Below, piece after piece: positions 1 through 13,335 of a stretch of 64,000 nucleotides of DNA. Within the stretch, counting starts at the first letter, position 1. Every line of letters begins with the position of its first letter. The position numbers and the translations under genes are program-made. The notes under the pieces were generated by a model. It did no database searches and had not been told where the DNA came from. It saw only the letters and a program-made list of their open reading frames with translations. Source of the stretch: Macrostomum hystrix (Eukaryota > Animalia > Platyhelminthes); NCBI GenBank assembly GCA_950097015.1, contig CATNEN010000039.1:4030001-4094000 (forward strand), in the 5' to 3' direction.

Positions 1-624
1 AAAACCAACTGAAAAGGCAAAAAACTCAATATAATTTGTCTTTGGTGGCAAGGTGTGTCCTGGAAATATTAGTTTTGCTAGTTAGCCAAATAAATGAATA
101 GTATTTTTTCTCTACTTTTGTGTTGTAGCCTTAGCAATGCAAAATAACTTTTATATATGTATATTATTTAGTCACTTATAGTCTTTCACATATCCAAATT
201 TCATACTTTGAACTTTAATTTAAACTTTAGCGTTATTTTATTTTAATTCAGTTACCTCTTCATCATATCATTCTTTTTTATATTTTATGCCTCTCACCAG
301 ACAATGAATACCAAAAATGCAAATCCTTGAAATTGATTTCTGCCATAATATATATTATGGTATTCCCAAAATCATGATAACTAATTTGCTAATGGGATGA
401 ATGGTTTAAAAATTTAGCAGTCTCTCACACAAAGACTTAATAAAACTTTTGCCACTGTTGGGCTTCTTGCACATCTATCATCTTGCGTTTTTTTAAGATG
501 ACCACGTATAAGTTGGTACATATATTGGTTTATGTATTTATTGATACATGCATATAAATACATAGAACAATGCAGTCATAGGAATTATTAGGTAAATGAA
601 TCCAATGATTCTACTGTCGTCATC

Positions 625-2680
625 TCACACTGGTGACTCAGCCCTGCTAGGCAGTCCCGATAGATTCGCCTCGGACTGTTCCTCAATGGCAGCTGGCTGG
701 GCTGCTCCCCTGAGTCGGAGGTAGCCGGCTTTGCCTGCCTCGGCTAGCTGGCGCTGGAGCTCCTGCTCGCTGTTGATGATGCGGACCACCTTGTAGGCCT
801 CCTCGCTGGATTCCAGCACGCTGTTCTTCCGGTCCACCTCGTGCCGCCTGGTCTCAATGCGCTTTAGACTGAAGCTGCCAATCTGCGGTGCGGTTTGTTG
901 GACTAGTCAGATTGACAGGTTTGACAGTGATAGGACTGTCAGATTTACATGTATGACAGTGGCAGGATTGAAAGTTAGGGTTTTGTAACATCAGCAGGGC
1001 TGATCTCACCTGACTTCTGAGCGGCCTTGCCTTGACCGGCGCTCCAAACATGGCCACAGTCTGGCGCATCAGCGCATTCGGGTGATTGGCAGTCAGCGCC
1101 GCCATCCTTTTAGCGAACTCGTGGCGCGTTTTGTTCAACTCCTCGGCATCGTCTTTTACTTTGGCTTTACTTTTTACTCCTCCGTCCGCCGCCTCATCGT
1201 CTTCGTCGTCGTCTTCTTCTTCGACCTCGTCGACTTCTTCTTCGTCTGGCGGCGGCGATCGAATCTCTTTGTTGCGCACGTGCTCGATCAGAAAGTCGAT
1301 GAACGACTGCCTGGCCCTGGCGGCCTCGCGGAAGCGTCGCAGTCGTTCCTCCTCGGCGCGATCTTGCTGGGCGCGTTGGCCAAGCTCGCGCCGGCGCTGC
1401 TCGTTGGCTTCCAGACGGCGTCTCATTGCGTCCTTTTGGTTTGTGAGTCAGGTACACTGATTATTGTGCGCGAGTGTCTGTGGCCTACAGGTGCTATGCC
1501 AGCTCATCCCACTTCTTACGAGGTTGACATCAGTTCAGGAGTACCCAGGAGGGTCTGGGTTAAGCTACATTGTCACAGAGCTACATCATGACACCGAAAT
1601 GTTTTTTAGATCAGTGGTCAGCAAACTCCGGCCAGTGTCCCTCGAAGCTCCAAATCCGGCCCGAAGCTCTTCCAACACCTATAGTATCCTTTTTCATCTG
1701 GAGATGGAGAGTCTCATCCTCCCCTGCGTCTCATCTGTCATGCATATTATCTCTCCCCTCTCTCATGTCTCCCGTCTCTCTCCCGTCTCATCTCTCCACT
1801 GTCTCATCTCTCCCCTGTCTCGTCTCTCCCCTCTCTCATGTCTCCCGTCTCTCTCCCGTCTCATCTCTCCACTGTCTCATCTCTCCCCTGTCTCGTCTCT
1901 CCCCTCTCTCATGTCTCCCGTCTCTCTCCCGTCTCATCTCTCCACTGTCTCATCTCTCCCCTGTCTCATCTCTCCCCTCTCTCATGTCTCCCGTCTCTCT
2001 CCCGTCTCATCTCTCCACTGTCTCATCTCTCCCCTGTCTCATCTCTCCCCTCTCTCCCCTGTCTCATCTCTCCCGTCTCTCTCCCGTCTCATATCTCCCC
2101 TGTCTCATCTCTCCCCTCTCTCCCCTGTCTCATCTCTCCCGTCTCTCTCCCGTCTCATATCTCCCCTGTCTCATCTCTCCCCTCTCTCCCCTGTCTCATC
2201 TCTCCCGTCTCTCTCCCGTCTCATCTCTCCCCTGTCTCATCTCTCCCTTCTCTCCCCGGTCTCATCTCTCCCGTCTCTCTCCCGTCTCATCTCTCCCCTG
2301 TCTCATCTCTCACCTTTGTCATTCCTACAGTTAATGGATTCAGTCCATGGACTCGGGGGGACGCAGCACCTATCCAAATTTCCTCCCAGCCTATGCTAAC
2401 AGTAAGGCCGCTTTTAAAGGTAGATAAAATTATAATATTTTTGCTAGTAGATTGAGATCCCAACTCCCGAACCGCTGGCATGAATAATAGCCTCGGTAGT
2501 GCCACCCACCTCCGCTCTCTGCATGGTGCGCAGCTCGTACTGTCTGTGCTTCTCGATGTGGCTGTCCACCAGTGCTTTGAGCCGCTCGCTCTCCATTCGA
2601 TTGCGCGTCTTGACCAGCTCCATGGAGCGGAAGAGCGAATTGTGAACGTCCGTCTCGTTTCTTAGACGGTTCCTCTGCAT
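625..2680 (-). CDS. Uncharacterised charged/coiled-coil protein, ~283 aa, 3 exons (2510-2680, 1010-1432, 625-882)
   Basis: Three ORF segments join through GT-AG introns, all phase 0 (GAG|GTGGGT..AAAG|GAC; CAG|GTGAGA..CGCAG|ATT). Protein is E/R/K/Q-rich with an acidic tract. No family recognised. Confidence 0.7.
1612..1670 (+). mobile_element. Left-end fragment of the hAT-type MITE family seen at 43815-44345
   Basis: CAGTGGTCAGCAAACTCCGGCC...CCCTCGAAGCTCCAAATCCGGCCCG matches the start of the 43815 element and is followed by the same CTCATCTCTCCC minisatellite. Right end not found. Confidence 0.55.
1745..2310. repeat. Intronic pyrimidine-rich minisatellite (core TCTCATCTCTCCCCTG)
   Basis: Visible degenerate tandem repeat inside intron 1 of the upstream gene. 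Confidence 0.9.
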
Positions 2681-2976
2681 AGCAACTGATTGTTTAACTG
2701 TTTTACCAATATTTAAGAATCATTGCGCATCTACTTATGCCTTGCGTGGTCGCTTATCTTGCCTTGGGTTATAAATAATTTAGGATAAAAAAGATGGCCG
2801 ATAGAACGGACTGCGTGTTACTCCTCTTGTCCAATGAGAGCCGCGCCCGATTTGAGCATCTGCTCAATTATTTATGCGACTTGCAGCACCGCGAGAGAGT
2901 TTAGTTTGCTAGTCAGATGGTGTTTCTCCGCATGCTCAAATACCTCAATTTTCTGCTGTATATTTGATCCATAGTG

Positions 2977-5900
2977 ATGACCTTGGTGAGTGCTTTGTAA
3001 TATTTGTATTGATAAGTTCAGGAAAATGTATTAAAATCGCCTGATTTACTTGCAGTCTTCAGCAGTGGCAGCAGCGGAGGCTGCAGCCGCAGCGTGCAGT
3101 CGCTACGTGCACTGCACTGTGCGTGAATCCGGGCAAAATAACTTGCCGATCCAGCCCAGCCTGAGCAGTGCCGACCCCGACTCTGCTGCTGCTGCTGCTC
3201 ATCTGTCCTGCGATCCAAGCGGTGTCGAGTCCAAATGGCTGCTCACCCTGACTGGCTTGTCAAATCCGGCATCAAAAGCTAGTCGTCAAAAAGCCGCAGC
3301 CAAGGCGAGTAGAAACTATCAAAGATTGCCTGGCCCACAGCGCGTCATCGTCAGCGGCTTCAATCGTCGCCGTCAGATCAGTCAGGAAGTGTCCAACAAT
3401 ACAGACAATGAATCCAGCATTGCTGTCAACGTGACATCGATATTTCAGTCATTAAAGCTGCCAGATGCTGCCAGCATTGAAGTCTCCGCCTCCACCGTCG
3501 TTGCCACCCGCGCCTGGGTCTATGCGACTCTTCGCCTGAGGCAGCCGCCGTGTCATTGGCTGCTGCTGATTGGCGTTCGGCGGGATCAAGGGAAGCAGCG
3601 GCACCGCCGAGTCTTCTTCTTCGATTGGACTTGCCACAATGACGACTCCGGACTGCCCAGCGTCATCCTCGGCGAGGACTGGCCGCCTTTAGTTGAATAT
3701 CCCGACTCCGCTTCGTCAGCTCTGCTGTTGTCTGAGCCGCCGGACAGTCTGGTCCGCCAGTTGATGCTGGGAGACGCGGCCGCCACCGCCGATCGACTCT
3801 GCGCCCTGAACGGCTGGAGCAGCCGCGGCTGCCTGGTGCCTCTGGCCAGCTTGGAGGCCGCCCTGCGGCAGCGCCAGCTGGACACCGTCGCCTTCTTTCT
3901 TAACAGCCACGAGAAGGCGCCCCCGGAGGCTGTCCGGCCGGCCCTGGACCTCATGCTGGACTACCTGGCCGGCCTGGCCGACAGTCCCGCCGGCATGCAG
4001 TACGCCGATCAGCTGGCCGCTAGAATCAACCGCTTCCTCTGCCGTCAGCTGACTGCCGACGGAGAGCCATTCGATGAAAGCGACCACGGCACAACCGGGG
4101 AGCTGTCGAAATATTTGAGTCGCGTTCGCAGATTCTGCCGACGACCGTCCGTGCAGCTGGGCGGAGTGAGTGCCGCTTCGCATGCGAAATTGACACAGTT
4201 TTTGCGGTTACTCTTTAAAGCTTCTCCTGTTTGCTAGTAGAAATTCTAAAGCGGTCACTTTCCGTGTGGTTTATTACTCTCCCTCACGAACTGCCCTAGT
4301 TGCAGATGAAAGTTCAGTCTTTAAATTCCCTAAATTATCACTGAGTTTTCAAATAATCCCACCGATTTCCCTACAGCCGCCCTCGTCAGCTTCGAATTGG
4401 CCGAGGCGGCCTTCAACTGCCTCATCGTCAGCTTCCTCAACATCGGCCTCTGCAGCAGCAGCAGCAGCCTGGTCGCAGCTGGCCAACACAGACATCCTTG
4501 TCGACGCCTGCTTGTCGAATCGTGTCACCCAGGCGCTCGAGTTCGTCTCGAATTCATCCGCGTCAGCGTCATCGGTCAGCACCGCCGCCGACTGCCTGGC
4601 TGTGTGCAGATCGCGAGTTCGATACCTTGTTGGCCGGCGCCAGCTGACCGAGGCGCGCGCCCTGCTGACTGCCAGCGGCGCCGATTCGGCGAGGGAGCTG
4701 CGAGAACTTCTGCTAGACTGCGCCGACTGCGGCCTGCGGGCATGGCTGTTTCACCAGCTCGCCGACGACCTGCCCCAGGAGCTTCTGGTGAGCCGGCCGT
4801 GACCTCCGCTTTGCTGAACCCAGCCAGAACCCTCCACGCCAGTCTGAACCCTCCACGCCAGTCTAAACCCTCCACCCCAGGCAGAACCCTCCACCCCATC
4901 CTAAACCCTCCACCCCATACTAAACCCTCCACCCAAGCCAGAACCCTCCACGCCAGTCTGAACCCTCCAACCCTTCACCTCAGCCTGAACCCTCCACCCC
5001 AGCCTTAACCCTCCACCCCAGCCTGAACCCTCCACCCAGTCTGAACCCTCCACCCAGTCTGAACCCTCCACCCAGCCTTAACCCACCACCCCAGCCTTAA
5101 CCCTCCACCCAGTCTGAACCCTCCACCCAGTCTGAACCCTCCACCCAGTCTGAACCCTCCACCCAGCCTTAACCCTCCACCCCAGCCTTAACCCTCCACC
5201 CCAGCCTGAACCCTCCACCCCAGCCTTAACCCTCCACCCCAGCCTGAACCCTCCACCCAGTCTGAACCCTCCACCCCAGTCTGAACCCTCCACCCCAGTC
5301 TGAACCCTCCACCCCAGTCTGAACCCTCCACCCAGACTTAACCCTCCACCCCAGTCTGAACCCTCCACCCAGCCTTAACCCTCCACCCCAGCCTGAACCC
5401 TCCAGCTCAGCCAGAACCCTCCAGCTCAGCCAGAACCCTCCACCCCAGCCTTAACCCTCCACCCCAGCCTGAACCCTCCACGCCAGCCAGAACCCTCCAC
5501 GCCAGTCTGAACCCTCCACCCCAGCCTTAACCCTCCACCCCAGCCTGAACCCTCCACGCCAGCCAGAACCCTCCATCCCAGCCTTAACCCTCCACCCCAG
5601 CCAGAACCCTCCATCCCAGCTAGAACCCTCCACCCAAGCCAGAACCCTCCATCCCAGCTAGAACCCTCCACCCAAGCCAGAACCCTCCACGCCAGCCTTA
5701 ACCCTCCACCCCAGCCAGAACCCTCCATCCCAGCTAGAACCCTCCACCCAAGCCAGAACCTTCCACGCCAGGCAGAACCCTCCACCCTAGCCTAAACCCT
5801 CCACCCCAGGCAGAACCCTTTACTACACACAACCCAGCTGCACACACCCTAGCGGTCTCCCAAACTATTTATGAATTCATTCTGTTACGCACCATCCAAC

Positions 5901-7273
5901 ACTCCAGTCGGCCATGGATAGTCTCGAACGTCTACAAGCAGCCTACAACACCGACGAATCATTGTCCGAGCTTCGCTCCGCCCTTCTGCTAAACGAATCC
6001 GTCAATGCGTCGATAGGGTCGACATTGTCAGCGTCGGAACCTCCCGAGTCGTCGTCGCCGTCGTCATCGTCGTCGTTGACTCTTCGTCGACTTGTCGGTT
6101 TGGCGGAGCACCGCGTCGAAGAGCTGCTGCTGCGTCGAGCCCTGGCTGTGGACTCGCTGCCCGCGGTGCTGCAGAGATTTCCCTCCGATCTGGTGTGGCG
6201 TCACCTGCTGGCTGCCAGGAGCTATCGCCTGCTGTCCGAGGCACTGGTGGTCGCTCGGCCGGGCCCCGCCGAGCTGGACGGCCTGCACCACCTGCCGGAG
6301 TGGCTGGCGGAGCCGTTGCTTTGCCAGGCCGCCCTGGCCGGCCAGTTCAGCGCCAGGGAGCGGGCAGATCGGCGCCGATGGTTGCGCAGATGCGTCCTTG
6401 CCGGTTGCTTAGCAACAGATTCCGCATCGTTGCGCGCTTTGCTGGACGAGGCGCTAGACTCTGGTCACGTGACTGCGGCGTCCTACGCGTTGGATCTGCT
6501 GGAGGAGTTTGGCGAAGAAGTGACGTCATCGGATGATGAGACGGTTGAAGGTGAAGACGGTGAGCCATTTTAAAGATAATGAATAGCCTTGAACAGCTTA
6601 AGTCTACTAACCGAAGGAGTTGTAGCCTTGTGGTTAGAGTGTCCCCGGACTCACGACTTGATGGTCGGGGGTTTGATTCCTAACTCACTCGTGATGATGA
6701 TGGGTACCAGTCGTGAGATGCGCCGCGTAATAGCTGCGGTTGTGCTGCACATATGGCTTTATTAGGGTAGGTGTACTCAATTATTATTATTCATTATACT
6801 AATTGAGACGTCGGGAATTCGAATCTCCGCTTAAAACATTCCCTTGTGCTTCGTTTTACCCAGCTAAAAGGTTGTTCTAGCATCGGCGGGGGGGTTAATT
6901 ATTCGAGTGGATTAGGAGGGCTCCCCAGTCCATGGACTTAACTGGTGTACACCAGCCATTGGAAGCGGAGTGTAAGTACCTGTTGGGGCAGGGGTCACGT
7001 ATTATTTCTATCAATATCCCTTCATCTAAATGTATTGCTTTAACGTTAACAGACCCGTTGAAAATCAAGACATCACCCGGTGACGGCGATCGGCGTCTGC
7101 TTCTGCTGCTACGTCTGCGTCAGTTGCGACGAGCGCCGCGACTGGTGTCGACCACTGGGGACGAACCGGACAAACTCGGCCAAGTCACCTGGCCATTGGC
7201 CGCGCCGCTGAGGGAGGATCCGTCAAATCTCACCCTGGACGCGCTTCTGCCTGCGTGTCTAATTCCAGTGTTT

Positions 7274-7322
<49 letters not shown>

Positions 7323-10300
7323 TAAAGCAGAAGCAGGTCGGAGGAGAATTCAACGAAATCAGCCAGGATGCAACCGATATCGATCGGCTGTCGTATCGAT
7401 ACTACCTGACCAACCTGCGTCCCTTGAGCGCCTATGCCTACTTCCTGGCCGACGTGTTGTTGCCGACGGCTGCCTCGACATCGTTGAGTCGTCGGTCGGT
7501 TCGTAGTGCAGTTTCGGCCGTGTCTTCAGACGCTGTCGCGGATATCGACGCGATCACATCGGCGCTGGTGTTCGGACACCTGTGCGGCGTTAGCGACACC
7601 CAGTGCAAACTGAGGGCGAACGAGATCCTGCTGGCTAGGAACTGTGAGCCGCCTGTCTGTCTGGCAGTCATTCAATTTAACTTCATTGTCATCGAAAAAA
7701 TTTAACAAGTTATTGAGCAGGCATTTTTAGTATCATAGGGTATTCGGAAAATATTGAGAAATCACAGCAGTTAGAATGATGGCGAAAAGATAAGACACGG
7801 GAAATATTAAGCCAGGGAGAGATGAGACATGGTAGAGATAAGACACAGGAGAGATGAGACACGAAAGAGATGAGACACGAGAGAGATAAGACACGAGAGT
7901 GATAAGACTCGGGAGAGATGAGAGACAGGAGAAATGAGAGACGGGAGAGATGAGACAGCAGCGAGATGAGATGAGGGTAAGACAAGACACGGGAGAGATG
8001 AGAGATGGGAGAGATGAGACAGGAGCGTGATGAGATGAGGGTAAGATAAGACACGGGAGTATCAGTCTCATTTTGTATTCATTCCTGCAGCAGCTGCAGT
8101 GTCGGCAACTTCCACCCCAGACACGGAGCTGGCAGCGGAGGCGCTGCCCGACCTCGGCCAGCTCCTGATGCGGTGGCGCTGTCAGGCCCTGGCCGCCCAC
8201 CTGACCGGCCGGCCGCTGCCGGCTGAGCCGCTCGCCCAGCTGGCCGCCAGGGACGACTGGGCCGGCTTCCTGGCCGTCGGGCAGCTGCTGGGCTACGCCA
8301 AGCCGCGCCTGCTGAGCCTGCTGCACAAATTCGCTAGCCGACCCATTGCCGACCACCTGGCTCACGTGATCGATAGAGCGGCTCCCACTGCGCCGGAGCA
8401 GGTCAGTTTTAGAAGTTCTCAACTGGCACAACCATCTCACAGGTTGCCTACGCTGTATGCTTCACAGGTTTTCTTTGGTCACCATCGATTCATAGGTTTT
8501 CTTTGGTCACCATCGATTCATAGGTTTTCTTTAGTCACCATCGATTCACAGGTTTTCTTTAGTCACCATCGATTCACAGGTTTTCTTTAGTCACCATCGA
8601 TTCACAGGTTCTCTTGGGTCACCATCGATTCACAGGTTTTCATTGCCCGTTTTCACTTATAGACTCGGCCAGCAGAGCCCAGACAGCGACTGTACGATCA
8701 TCTGGGTCTGGCCGCTCGTCCTCGCAATCTTCAACAGCAGCCGCAGGTTTCAAAAAGTGCTGCTTCAGCTTCTAGAACGACGCAGTGTCGTCCGCCGAGG
8801 CATCGCCGTCGTGGGCCGTCTTTGTCGCGAGCCTCAACAACAACCGAGAGCGAGAGTGGCGCCGACAGCCGCAACAAAGACGTTGCCGCATCGTCGGCCA
8901 TCGCGCTGTCGTCCGAAGCCGACGATTCGGCTCCAATTAGCGTCGTCCCACCCGAAGACGACTCAGAGATTGTCGGCGGCCTTGCGCCGGCACCCGAAGC
9001 TCCGCCATTGCCGCCGAGCGATTCGGATGTCGACGGCGGCCTGCTGGCGATTGTCGGCTCCGACGCCTGTCGTCAGCACCTGGGCCTGTACGCCCGGCAG
9101 CTGGGACACCCCCTCCTTTGCCTGCTGGCAGATCGACCTGTCATGTCCGACTACCTCCTGGCCAGCTTGTCCACGCCCGGCTCGACGAAGGCGTCCAGCG
9201 CACACGGCGACTTGGTCGAGTCGGCCGAAGCCCTGGTAGCCGAGTGCCAGTCGGCCAGCCGGCTGGACGCCCTGGCTGACGCTTGCGCCGTGTTTTTGCC
9301 GCATAGGCAGGGCCTCTCTTATCTGGCAGCCGCCTGTCACATCAGGGCGACGGCGACGATTTCTGCGAAGATCGGGAACATGGACGACCGATTGTTGGAG
9401 GCCTTGAGGGCCACTCGCGATGAATGCCCAATGACTGACGCCCTGCTGAGAGTCTGGGACAGCTTAGAAGCTCCCAATGCTGGCGTGGGCGAAGGCGTCA
9501 CCGTCAATGGCGGCGCTGACGGCGAGGGCGAGGCGGCGAAGGAAAGGAAATGGCAGCCGTCGGCCAAATGGATGGCACTGATTGGACGGCTAAAAGAAGA
9601 GGAGTCGTCAGCGACAGGAAGGTCGCGTGGCGACGAGGAAGAAGGAGATGAGCAACCGCCTTCGATGGGGGTTCCTGGAAAGGCTAGACCAGTCGGTAGG
9701 CACGCTAGAATCCTCAAGGATCCAATTGGATCATAAATTGGCCTTTTTATTATCTGTTTAAGCATACTGAAAAACTTAATAAACTTAATAAACTTAATAA
9801 ACTTTAAAATTCTTCTTTAAAATTCACTAAAGTTCTTGAAAATCCTCTAGAAATCCTCTATAGCATTCTTGGAAATCCTCTATAACTCTTGTAAATCCTC
9901 TGTACAGCTCTTGTAAATCCACTGTACAGCTCTTGGAAATCCACTAGAATCCTTAGGAATCCACTAGAATCCTTAGGAATCCACTAGAATCCTTAGGAAT
10001 CCACTAGAATCCTTAGGAATCCACTAGAATCCTTAGGAATCCACTAGAATCCTTAGGAATCCACTAGAATCCTTAGGAATCCACTAGAATCCTTAGGAAT
10101 CCACTAGAATCCTTAGGAATCCACTAGAATCCTTAGGAATCCACTAGAATCCTTAGGAATCCACTAGAATCCTTAGGAATCCACTAGAATCCTTAGGAAT
10201 CCACTAGAATCCTTAGGAATCCACTAGAATCCTTAGGAATCCACTAGAATCCTTAGGAATCCACTAGAATCCTTAGGAATCCACTAGAATCCTTAGGAAT

Positions 10301-12059
10301 GCACTAGAATCCTTAGGAATCCACTAGAATCCTTAGGAATCCACTAGAATCCTTAGGAATCCACTAGAATCCTTAGGAATCCACTAGAATCCTTAGGAAT
10401 CCACTATAATCTTTAACAGTCCTCAATAGCCATGTATAATCGCCTGAAATCCTCAAACGTCGCACAAAATTGTCAGTGGCCACTCAACAGCAGCAGCAGC
10501 AGCAGCGCGCCTCTTTGTCTTCAGGTTCCGGTGCCGTCGAGCCCAGCCTAGAAGCCGAGGTAAGCAGCCTGATCGAGCGGCACTCTGCTGTCGCCAGTTA
10601 TCAGCAGCTCGCCGGCGTGATGCGCCAGGCTCGCGAGTTGGCCGATCGCCTGGAATCGGCCGGTCAGTTCGGCGAACTGATTCGCCTGGCTCGCGGCGTC
10701 GGGCGCTACGGCGAGATGGCCTACGTGTTTCACAAGCTGCGCGCTGCCAAACAGTTCGAGCCGGAGCTGCTGTGCGGTCGTGGCGGCGGAGTCGGCGGTC
10801 GAGACCACCGGCTGCAGCGAGCCCTCCTGGAGTTCCTTAGGCGGCATTGTCCGGATGATCGCGACTCCCTGATTGCCATCTACCTGTACTACTGCATGGA
10901 CAGGGAACTTGGCAATTTGCTGTTCAGGTTCGATTTAACAGCTCGGTGAACTGAATCGTATTGCTTAGGGACACAAATTGTTCCAGTAGAGTTAGGAATC
11001 GAACCTCCGACCTTCAAGTCGTGAGTCCGACGCCTTAAACCACTAGGCTACAACATCCCCTCGACTACAACCCCAAGACTGCAAGCCTCTAAACTACAAC
11101 ACCCTAGACCACAAACCTCTAGGTTACTACCCCCTAGACTACAACCCCTTAGACTACAACCCCCTAGACTAGAACCCCCTAGACTAGAACCCCCTAGACT
11201 ATAGCCCTCTAAACTAGAACCCCTAGAATACAACCTAAATCTAGGCTACAACCCCATAGAATACAACAACCTAGACTACAACCCCCTCGACTACAACCCA
11301 CTCGGCTACAACCCCCTCGGCTACAACCCCCCAAGACTACAACTGTTACTAAATGATACATTAAGGCCCCATAGCCCTCCTTGTTTTGATTACTAGACGT
11401 AGGAAATCAAGCAAAATGACATTAAATTAATTATCCAATGCCTCAGCCTGTAGGATGCGCCATTTACGTGTTATTTTCAGTGATTCTCGGCTCATTACTT
11501 CAAGATTCGGCTGTTATGAATCTTTTCAGCGTTTTGATTCTCAGAAAGATGAATACGAGACAAAATAATAATAACTCAAGCTCTCATTTATTAGCGCAAT
11601 TAACCTGGCAGGGACACGCAGTACCTGGACGCTGCCCAGGCCTACATCCGAGCCGGCTGTCCCCGCCTGGCCTGGCGCAGCTTCCGCCTGGCTCAGCTGG
11701 CCGCCCTGCCGTCCAGCCTGCGCGACGCTCCCGACAGTCGGCGCGCCCTAGCCAGCCATCCGCTGGTGTACGAGGCCGCCGTCCTGGCCCACGCCGAAGC
11801 CGTCAGGCCGGCCGGTCGCGACTGGGCGGCAGCGGTCTATAATCACGTGATCTCGACTGGCTCAGCTTCGAATTCACCGGCGGCCGCGGCCTATCAGGCG
11901 GGCTTTCTGGCCCACGCCCTGCCGATGTCGGACGCCTGGTCCGGCGGCTGGCGCGAATTCGAAAAAAGCCTTCGGGCGGCCTGCCGCAGTCAGGAGGAGA
12001 AGCGCAACGCCGACGCATTCCTGGCGGCCTGCCAGCGAGCCGTGGCGCTGACGTTTTGA
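2977..12059 (+). CDS. SPG11: Spatacsin (SPG11) homolog, ~1670 aa; exons 2977-2985, 3056-4165, 4377-4787, 5908-6559, 7053-7643, 8091-8401, 8663-9695, 10477-10927, 11612-12059
   Basis: Spatacsin-like motifs: LCALNGW..LEAALRQRQLDTVAFFL, AARDDWAGFL..QLLGY, LIRLARGVGRYGEMAYVF, ALLEFLRRHCPDD..CMDRELG, YLDAAQAY..C. All junctions are GT-AG and phase-consistent (total 5016 nt). The first micro-exon and the exon-8 acceptor (10477 or 10525) are less certain. Confidence 0.85.
4815..5820. repeat. Intronic 18-19-bp minisatellite (AACCCTCCACCCCAGCCTG)
   Basis: Tandem array filling SPG11 intron 3. Confidence 0.95.
6616..6791 (+). mobile_element. tRNA-derived SINE, family A (degenerate copy)
   Basis: GTTGTAGCCTTGTGGTTAG (A-box-like), GGACTCACGACTTGA, GGTTTGATTCC (B-box-like) and a (TTA)n tail. 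Homologous to the copies at 10.9, 43.4 and 48.6 kb. Confidence 0.7.
7790..8058. repeat. Intronic minisatellite (GAGAGATGAGACACGG), reverse complement of the 1.7-kb/43.9-kb repeat type
   Basis: Visible degenerate tandem repeat in SPG11 intron 5. Confidence 0.85.
8460..8641. repeat. Intronic 28-bp minisatellite (TTTTCTTTAGTCACCATCGATTCACAGG)
   Basis: About 6 copies in SPG11 intron 6. Confidence 0.9.
9940..10405. repeat. Intronic 20-bp minisatellite (CCACTAGAATCCTTAGGAAT)
   Basis: About 23 near-perfect copies in SPG11 intron 7, with degenerate copies at the left edge. Confidence 0.97.
10930..11058 (-). mobile_element. tRNA-derived SINE, family A
   Basis: Minus strand reads GTTGTAGCCTAGTGGTTTAAGGCGTCGGACTCACGACTTGAAGGTCGGAGGTTCGATTCC...CAGTTCACCGAGCTGTTAAAT, with Pol III A/B boxes. 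Close match to the 43396 copy. Confidence 0.8.
11060..11345. repeat. ~15-bp minisatellite (CTAGACTACAACCCC)
   Basis: Tandem array abutting the SINE 5' end in SPG11 intron 8. Confidence 0.85.
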
Positions 12060-12127
12060 AGTTTCGGTCACTGACAACTAACAGTAGCCTTTACCTTGGT
12101 CTTTACCTTAATCATGCGATAAATCCA

Positions 12128-13335
12128 CCATAATCCCTCCTGTCTCTGATTCGGTCATAATCACCTCCTGTCTCTGATTCGGTCATAATCCCTCCAGTCT
12201 CTGATTCGGTCATAATCCCTCCAGTCTCTGATTCGGTCATAATCCCTCCAGTCTCTGATTCGGTCATAATCCCTCCAGTCTCTGATTCGGTCATAATCCC
12301 TCCAGTCTCTGATTCGGTCATAATCCCTCCAGTCTCTGATCCGGTCATAATCCCTCCAGTCTCTGATCCGGTCATAATCCCTCCAGTCTCTGATTCGGTC
12401 ATAATCCCTCCAGTCTCTGATTCGGTCATAATCCCTCCAGTCTCTGATCCGGTCATAATCCCTCCAGTCTCTGATCCGGTCATAATCCCTCCAGTCTCTG
12501 ATCCGGTCATAATCCCTCCAGTCTCTGATCCGGTCATAATCCCTCCAGTCTCTGATTCGGTCATAATCCCTCCAGTCTCTGATTCGGTCATAATCCCTCC
12601 AGTCTCTGATCCGGTCATAATCCCTCACAGTCTCTGATCCGGTCATAATCCCTCCAGTCTCTGATCCGGTCATAATCCCTCCAGTCTCTGATCCGGTCAT
12701 AATCCCTCCAGTCTCTGATTCGGTCATAATCCCTCCTGTCTCTGATTCGGTCATAATCCCTCCAGTCTCTGATTCAGTCATAATCCCTCCAGTCTCTGAT
12801 CCGGTCATAATCCCTCCAGTCTCTGATCCGGTCATAATCCCTCCAGTCTCTGATCCGGTCATAATCCCTCCAGTCTCTGATTCGGTCATAATCCCTCCTG
12901 TCTCTGATTCGGTCATAATCCCTCCAGTCTCTGATTCGGTCATAATCCCTCCAGTCTCTGATTCGGTCATAATCCCTCCAGTCTCTGATTCGGTCTAATC
13001 CCTCCTGTCTCTGATTCGGTCATAATCCCTCCAGTCTCTGATTCGGTCATAATCCCTCCAGTCTCTGATTCGGTCATAATCCCTCCAGTCTCTGATTCGG
13101 TCATAATCCATCCAGTCTCTGATTCGGTCATAATCCCTCCAGTCTCTGATTCGGTCATAATCCCTCCAGTCTCTGATTCGGTCATAATCCCTCCAGTCTC
13201 TGATTCGGTCATAATCCCTCCAGTCTCTGATTCGGTCATAATCCCTCCAGTCTCTGATTCGGTCATAATCCCTCCAGTCTCTGATCCGGTCATAATCCCT
13301 CCAGTCTCTGATTCGGTCATAATCCCTCCAGTCTG
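12128..13335. repeat. 27-bp minisatellite (GGTCATAATCCCTCCAGTCTCTGATTC)
   Basis: About 44 copies just downstream of the SPG11 stop. Confidence 0.97.

Noticed and set aside
10990-11058. tRNA genes (apparent CAC anticodon loop) here and at 6616, 43396, 48567 and 28730-28797
   Set aside because: Acceptor stems are poor, copies diverge and continue into shared non-tRNA bodies and tails. These are SINE heads.
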